The notes under the pieces were generated by a model, which was given only the letters and a program-made list of their open reading frames with translations, searched no databases and had not been told where the DNA came from. A stretch of 29,419 bases of DNA from a virus (lineage: Duplodnaviria > Caudoviricetes), in IMG/VR virus record IMGVR_UViG_3300025852_000010, positions 1 to 29,419 of that record; one strand, given 5' to 3'. Below, piece by piece: positions 24,483 to 29,419 of this stretch (the stretch's first letter is position 1; each line of letters begins with the position of its first letter). The translations under genes and the position numbers were made by a program.

Positions 24483-25412
24483 TCACTCAGCGGGTCCCGA
24501 ACTTTTCAGACTAGACGCGACTTTCGCCGGAAACGTAAGTTCGTGGCCGAACCTGTCCACCAGGTCATAGAACTCGCCGTCGGACCATTCCTCGGACCGG
24601 TCCTTGCGTAGCTCTGGTGAATCCTTCCGGAACACCTCGTCTCCGTGTTCGTCCGCGCCGATCCCGAGTACACGGATGAGCGTCATCCCGCGCAACTCAT
24701 CGTCGCTGACCACGTCCGGGCGCGGAGAGTGCAGGTCTTCGATGTGCCGGGCCAGCCACAGCGCCTGCACATGGACCGGGACGCTGAAGCCCTCATCCAC
24801 GTACTCAATGTCCGTCACGGTCCCGCACTCGGAGCAGGATTCAGCAACAGTTACTAACGGTTCGCCATCGTGACGGTTACCGTCCTTGTCGGGCTTCCAG
24901 CGCAGTTCCTTCTCGCCGAAGAAGTCGCCCGGCATCACGGTTTCGCCCGTGTCGGGGTCGAGGTAGCAGGTGCCGATGCGATGTGACGGTGCTGCGTTGA
25001 TAACGGAATCCGTTACTTTCGCAGTCTCATCGCACACCGTGGCGTCATCTTTCCTGTCGCAGGAAATATCGGGGCTGCTGGAAACATCGCACCCCGGCGC
25101 GGCGCGGCACTCGTCGCACTGGTCTGCGCCGAGGGTACCACTCGCGGTAGTGCTAACTGCGCGCTCCGGTACGCCCACCCGGCTGGCCATATACGCCCAC
25201 GCAGACTCGGGAGTGCTGTCGTCCGGTCCGTCGCTGGGGTACCGCTCGCTCGGCCGGCAGCCCTGATAGGTTGGGTCTGGGCTGTCGTTGTGTTCGCTTG
25301 GGGGGGCAGGACCAGGCAGGATACGTTGGTCAGTTGACAGCGCGTCCGATGTCACGGGCACAGAGCACTCGCTGAGCCAACGATGCCAAGCGGGCGGGGT
25401 CGACGTGGTCAT
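24483..25412 (-). CDS. Hypothetical acidic, low-complexity protein
   Basis: ATG 25412 after GAGGGAG, coupled to upstream stop; long open frame. Confidence 0.6.
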   Translation of the reverse strand: MTTSTPPAWHRWLSECSVPVTSDALSTDQRILPGPAPPSEHNDSPDPTYQGCRPSERYPSDGPDDSTPESAWAYMASRVGVPERAVSTTASGTLGADQCDECRAAPGCDVSSSPDISCDRKDDATVCDETAKVTDSVINAAPSHRIGTCYLDPDTGETVMPGDFFGEKELRWKPDKDGNRHDGEPLVTVAESCSECGTVTDIEYVDEGFSVPVHVQALWLARHIEDLHSPRPDVVSDDELRGMTLIRVLGIGADEHGDEVFRKDSPELRKDRSEEWSDGEFYDLVDRFGHELTFPAKVASSLKSSGPAE

Positions 25413-25690
25413 GTCGTCTCCCTCAAGACAGCCGCGTGTTCGGTGACGAACTGGAAGAAGCTCCCGGGGTAGCCGCTCTGAGCGTGCCGACCCATCCAAA
25501 AACCATCTATGTGGTGAGCCGTCTCCATCACACGACAGTGCGAACACACCGCCGGGAACAGGCAGGGACGGTCACTCTTGGATTTGCGCCAAGGACGCTC
25601 GACAGCCCATGAGTCGTAGCCGCAGTGCGGGCATGGGAGGCAGGGGTGCCCGGTCTGCGTCTCGGCTTCGACGCGGTCCTGGTAGGTCAC
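25409..25690 (-). CDS. Hypothetical Zn-ribbon protein
   Basis: LPCPHCG...CSHC; GTGA coupling. Confidence 0.55.
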   Translation of the reverse strand: MTYQDRVEAETQTGHPCLPCPHCGYDSWAVERPWRKSKSDRPCLFPAVCSHCRVMETAHHIDGFWMGRHAQSGYPGSFFQFVTEHAAVLRETT

Positions 25691-26427
25691 TCCGACATCC
25701 CTGCGATTCCGACCGTGAGCGCCCCCCGTGTGGAACGTGACCACTTGCCGCAGTCCTTACAGACGAACCGCTGGAACCGGGACTGCGACGTGTACGCGAA
25801 CCCGCGCAGCTTGAGCCGACCCCCACCACATGCCGGGCACGTTTCGCCGTCTCCGGAGTGGGCCGCGTGGCTGGGAATGTTGGGAATCCACGGCAGCAGC
25901 TTCCAGTACAACATTTCGGTCAGGGCCACGTCGTTGACGTTGTACTGGCGCATCAGCCGCCACGCGCCCTTCTCATTCGCCATGCAGCCAATCCACAGGT
26001 CGAACCCCTCGTGCTTGAGCTTGCTGCCGATGCCCAACTTGTCGCTGACGTACGCCAGCTTGTTCGAGGGGAAGCGGAACCGCCGCTTGACCGCCTGGAG
26101 GAGGTCTATCTGCTTGTACGGGGACGGCGGGTCCATGCCCGCCTCAAGGAACTCGCGGTTGATGTGGGGGATGTCGAAGCGGCGTCCGTTGAAGTGGATG
26201 ACGGCGTCGGCCTCGTCCACCAGTTTCCACAGGTCGCGCAGCATCTTCTCTTTGCCGTCGTGGAATGTGGAGCGGAAATGGATCTTGGTGTGGTCAGTCC
26301 ACTTGGCCGACCAGCAGATCATCTCCGTCGAGGCCGCGATCTGGTTGAGGCCCACGTTCTGATCCCACAGGCCCCAGACGTAGGCTAGATTGGGCCTCGT
26401 CTCGATGTCGATTGTGAGCAGTCTCAT
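25687..26427 (-). CDS. DnaQ/RNase H-like 3'-5' exonuclease with C-terminal Zn ribbon
   Basis: IDIET, HFNGRRFDIP, SNKLAY, YNVNDV, CPACG..CKDCG. Confidence 0.88.
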   Translation of the reverse strand: MRLLTIDIETRPNLAYVWGLWDQNVGLNQIAASTEMICWSAKWTDHTKIHFRSTFHDGKEKMLRDLWKLVDEADAVIHFNGRRFDIPHINREFLEAGMDPPSPYKQIDLLQAVKRRFRFPSNKLAYVSDKLGIGSKLKHEGFDLWIGCMANEKGAWRLMRQYNVNDVALTEMLYWKLLPWIPNIPSHAAHSGDGETCPACGGGRLKLRGFAYTSQSRFQRFVCKDCGKWSRSTRGALTVGIAGMSE

Positions 26428-26518
26428 CCGGGCCTCCGCCCTAGCTCACAGGATTCGCGAATGATGTTCAGCCTCAACTAGCGCCCCCCGTATCGTTTCC
26501 TAGCGTGCTCATAGGGAT

Positions 26519-26553
26519 AGTGTGACGCACCAGTGTGGGGACGGAGGAGGCTA
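26519..26553 (-). promoter_or_regulatory. 13-bp box promoter/operator copy 3
   Basis: TCCTCCGTCCCCA-N11-CACACT, immediately after GC hairpin 26562-26590. Confidence 0.55.
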
Positions 26554-26632
26554 GCGCGAACGCGGCCGCTACAGGAGTTGCAGCGGCCGCAGTTGTGTGA
26601 TATTCGCGCGCGCGTCTGTTCGCGTTGGGCGG

Positions 26633-27178
26633 TCAGCCCGTGATCTTGTCGAAGTGGTAGAACTTGCCGGGAAGCTCCACCAGGCCGGCGTGAAACAGCC
26701 TATGGCAGGTAGCGCAGAGAACGACGCACTTCTCAAGTTCCGCCATCACCCTCGGCCATGGGTAGTTCTGCCAGTGGTACATCGCTATTTCTTTGGTGGC
26801 CGTATCGCGATGGTGGAAGTCGAGAGCTTCGTAGTGCTCGTCGTAGCCACAGACGGCACAGCCGCGAGCCAACTTGTAGTCGCGGAGAACATCCGCCTTC
26901 TCGTGCCGACGAGCAGTGTTGTATGCCCGTTGGCGGTCTTGCGCCCCGGGCTTCTGACGCCGCGCTTTGGCGACCTCCGGGTGGTCCCGGTTCCACCGCG
27001 CTGCACGATCCTTTTTCGGCTCCGGGTTGGCCCGATACCGAGCGCGGTCCTCTTTGCGAGAGCAGTCAAGACACCGCGCCTCAAGTCCACACTTGACCTG
27101 CTTGCGCAGCCCGAAGAACTCGCTGGTCGCTGGCTTGACCTCGCCACACTTGGAGCACGTCTTCAAGCCGGTCATCAC
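26633..27178 (-). CDS. HNH endonuclease
   Basis: KTCSKCGEVKPATSEFF; GCAVCG..ALDFHHRD..KCVVLCATCH. Confidence 0.85.
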   Translation of the reverse strand: MMTGLKTCSKCGEVKPATSEFFGLRKQVKCGLEARCLDCSRKEDRARYRANPEPKKDRAARWNRDHPEVAKARRQKPGAQDRQRAYNTARRHEKADVLRDYKLARGCAVCGYDEHYEALDFHHRDTATKEIAMYHWQNYPWPRVMAELEKCVVLCATCHRLFHAGLVELPGKFYHFDKITG

Positions 27179-27837
27179 GATCCCGTAATCTTCGCAAATC
27201 CAAAGAATCGGCCTGGACAGGCTGTCGAGTTCCCGCTCATGTTCTTGTGCTGCCAGTCGGGCCGCCCGTACTTCTTGTGCACGTAGCGGTGGACTGCCTG
27301 CGCGGCCTTGAGCTGCGCGGTCGGCATGTCGTCGTGGGCCTCGTAGTTCCCTTCGAGGCAGACGCCGATGCAGTCGTTGTGGCCGAGGCAGTGAGCGCCC
27401 ATGGTGTTCTCGGGGCGGCCCTCGTAGACCTTGCCGTCGCGGCGGATGTAGAAGTGATACGCGATGCCACGGTCACCGATATTGAGATGAACCTGGTTGA
27501 TCTCCTCGGGGCTGCCGAATCCGGCGGCGTGATGCCAGACGATGCCCGGAGGACTGCCCCGCCGCGCGACCGGCGCACCGTTCCACTTGTAGTTCGGGTG
27601 GAGAATCTTGAGCGCCGGCACGAGGTCTGGGAACAGGTAGGCGACGAGCTGGTCTGTCTTGCGCGCCGACTGCGTGATCTTCTTGCCGTGCTTGTGCAGG
27701 TCACCCGAGACACGCCAGGCGAGGCGTGCCTTGCCGAGCCCCCACATGGGGTTCGTGGTGCTGGGGTTGCCGGAGTCGAGCTTGTGTTCCTTGGCGTACT
27801 TCATCATTTTCTGCGTAACGGCGATGTTCGACGGCAT
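27175..27837 (-). CDS. Endolysin, N-acetylmuramoyl-L-alanine amidase (Amidase_2/PGRP-like)
   Basis: IVWHHAA, GIAYHFYIRRDGKVYEGRP, GAHCLGHN, IGVCLEG, H..TACPG; ATG 27837 after GGAGG. Confidence 0.92.
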   Translation of the reverse strand: MPSNIAVTQKMMKYAKEHKLDSGNPSTTNPMWGLGKARLAWRVSGDLHKHGKKITQSARKTDQLVAYLFPDLVPALKILHPNYKWNGAPVARRGSPPGIVWHHAAGFGSPEEINQVHLNIGDRGIAYHFYIRRDGKVYEGRPENTMGAHCLGHNDCIGVCLEGNYEAHDDMPTAQLKAAQAVHRYVHKKYGRPDWQHKNMSGNSTACPGRFFGFAKITGS

Positions 27838-27847
27838 AAGTGGCCTC

Positions 27848-28114
27848 CTACTTCCTCTTGACCAGGAAGCGATTGAGTAGCTGGTAGAGGTAGACAGTGT
27901 GCGCGAGGATGAGCGCGTAGAACGGCAGGATGGCGCCATAGTCGAGGATGCAGGGCGCGTACGGCTGGACTACGCGGTAAACCGTGAGGTAAGCCATGGC
28001 CAGCGCCATGAGAAGGAACGCGGGGGAACGCACGACCCGGTAGAGCTTCACTTGAAACCAGCATGACACGATGGCGATAGCGATGATGATGATGTTCAGG
28101 GTCAGTGGTTCCAC
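27848..28114 (-). CDS. Three-TM membrane protein (holin candidate)
   Basis: Three hydrophobic segments, basic C-terminus, directly upstream of endolysin. Confidence 0.6.
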   Translation of the reverse strand: MEPLTLNIIIIAIAIVSCWFQVKLYRVVRSPAFLLMALAMAYLTVYRVVQPYAPCILDYGAILPFYALILAHTVYLYQLLNRFLVKRK

Positions 28115-28582
28115 TTAGATTCCTCCATTTATGAATGGCTTTCGCGCAAGAGTGCTGAGCTGCACCTCGACCCTGCTTAGGAGCATCGCCCCAATCAGTC
28201 GTAGGCCCACGTCGTTGCCGGCGTCCGCCTCGTCCAGCATCTGCTCCAGCTCACCGCGCAACTCGCGCAGGTCCGACTCGGGGATGCTCCCCTTCGGTGC
28301 GGCGAGCCACTCGTCCATGAGCTGGTCTCTGCGTTTATGTATAGGGCTATGGATGATGCCTCCTAGGTGTGGCGCCAACACTTTCCAGAACACGTCGTCG
28401 GCGGCGTTCAGCTTCGCCAAATCAATCTGCATTTGCGGCAGGCAATCGTAGGCATGGGCGCGGCCGATGCACGTTGACTTGATGGCCGCGAGTTCTGCCG
28501 TGATCTTGACCACGAAGCCGAAGTAGGTGAAGACCACACCCAGGACGGCCACGAGGATGGAAACAAAAGGGAGATAGGTCAT
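28115..28582 (-). CDS. Membrane-anchored protein of the lysis region
   Basis: N-terminal TM helix, FWKVLAPHLGGIIHSP. Confidence 0.65.
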   Translation of the reverse strand: MTYLPFVSILVAVLGVVFTYFGFVVKITAELAAIKSTCIGRAHAYDCLPQMQIDLAKLNAADDVFWKVLAPHLGGIIHSPIHKRRDQLMDEWLAAPKGSIPESDLRELRGELEQMLDEADAGNDVGLRLIGAMLLSRVEVQLSTLARKPFINGGI

Positions 28583-28595
28583 CCTCTCCCGCCCC

Positions 28596-29419
28596 CTATG
28601 CCTTGTCCGGCGTCAGCCGCTCTACGAATGCGCGCCGGTTCTCGCCGATGCCGATGGTCGCAACGCCCCGGTCTGCGTCCATGCTGAATCCGGTTATCAT
28701 GAGCGGCCCGGTGTCGAGGTTGCTGTCTTCGATGTAGTCGCCGCCGCGGATGTACGCGGTGGGCTTCGTCCCTTCCGCGCGCAGCGGCACCGTCGCCGGA
28801 GCGATGGAACCCCCGCCCTGGTAGGCGTTGGCTGAAAGCCAGGCGAGAATCTGATCGCCGAGGTCGCCCGCCTGCGCCGTGGTCAACGACAGGTCGGCCC
28901 ACTCGTTCCACACGTCGAGCACCGGCGAGGCGTCTGACCACTCGGGCGTCGAGTAGGAGCCGCCCGTCAGGTAGCGCACGACGACGATGCCGCTGCCGCC
29001 CGCGCCCGAGACTTTGCCGCTTGCATCAGCCGCGTTCCGGCCGCCGCCGCCGCCACCGCCGGTGTTCGCCGTGCCGCTACCAGCGGGCGTATCGGTGCCC
29101 TTCGAACCTGCTCCAGAGCATCCGGCACTCCCCATCCCGGCCGTAGTGTCAGCCGAACCACCGCCACCAGCGCCGTAGACGACGTTGGTGCCCCTCTTAA
29201 CGATGTCGCTGGTGTAGGGGTTCCCGCCGGTGCCGCCAGTAGCACCTGAGCCGCTCTGGCCACCGCCGTTAACGCCGCCGCCCGCGCCGACGCCGCCGCC
29301 GCCGCCCGCGCCGCCTGCGGAGCCAACGCCGCCGTTCCCTCCTTGCGAGCCGATGCCTCCGGTGCCTGCCGTGTAACCGCCCGCGCCGCCGCCGCAGCCG
29401 CCGTTGCGGCCATTGGCGG
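28596..29419 (-). CDS. Minor tail protein with Gly-rich domain, 3' part; runs off the right edge
   Basis: Frame stays open upstream of 29135 as Gly-rich sequence; TANTGGGGGG..GAGGSGIVVVRY motif; position before lysis genes. Confidence 0.75.
   Translation of the reverse strand, partial: ANGRNGGCGGGAGGYTAGTGGIGSQGGNGGVGSAGGAGGGGGVGAGGGVNGGGQSGSGATGGTGGNPYTSDIVKRGTNVVYGAGGGGSADTTAGMGSAGCSGAGSKGTDTPAGSGTANTGGGGGGGRNAADASGKVSGAGGSGIVVVRYLTGGSYSTPEWSDASPVLDVWNEWADLSLTTAQAGDLGDQILAWLSANAYQGGGSIAPATVPLRAEGTKPTAYIRGGDYIEDSNLDTGPLMITGFSMDADRGVATIGIGENRRAFVERLTPDKA

Overview
GC-rich temperate siphovirus-type phage DNA with actinobacteriophage-like gene content. Almost all genes are on the - strand. Read from right to left, the window contains the end of a Gly-rich minor tail gene, a lysis module (membrane proteins, amidase endolysin), a DnaQ/RNase H-like exonuclease, a divergent control region (~23.3-23.5 kb) and a long early/replication operon (RecE-like exonuclease, SSB/annealing-like protein, replication initiator with an internal ori-like segment, endonuclease, C5 methyltransferase). 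It continues with an intact attP (3' half of tRNA-Val(GAC) with four arm repeats), a tyrosine integrase, a stand-alone sigma region-4 protein, the packaging HNH, a probable cos region, terS, terL, portal, minor head protein, scaffold and the start of the major capsid gene. The intact attP and the continuity across the packaging site suggest a circular, non-integrated genome. Five observations stand out. (1) Three free-standing HNH/EndoVII genes share an upstream cassette: own sense promoter, conserved hairpin, RBS, and an antisense extended -10 embedded in the first codons. (2) Five nuclease genes are assembled combinatorially from two N-terminal Zn modules, 15/11-aa helical repeats and three nuclease types. 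(3) An exact 13-bp box occurs three times at fixed spacing from a -10-like hexamer. (4) attP lies inside the methyltransferase ORF and overlaps the promoter of the integrase-containing unit. (5) No recognisable XRE-type repressor is present. All protein calls come from motif recognition by eye; no searches were run.
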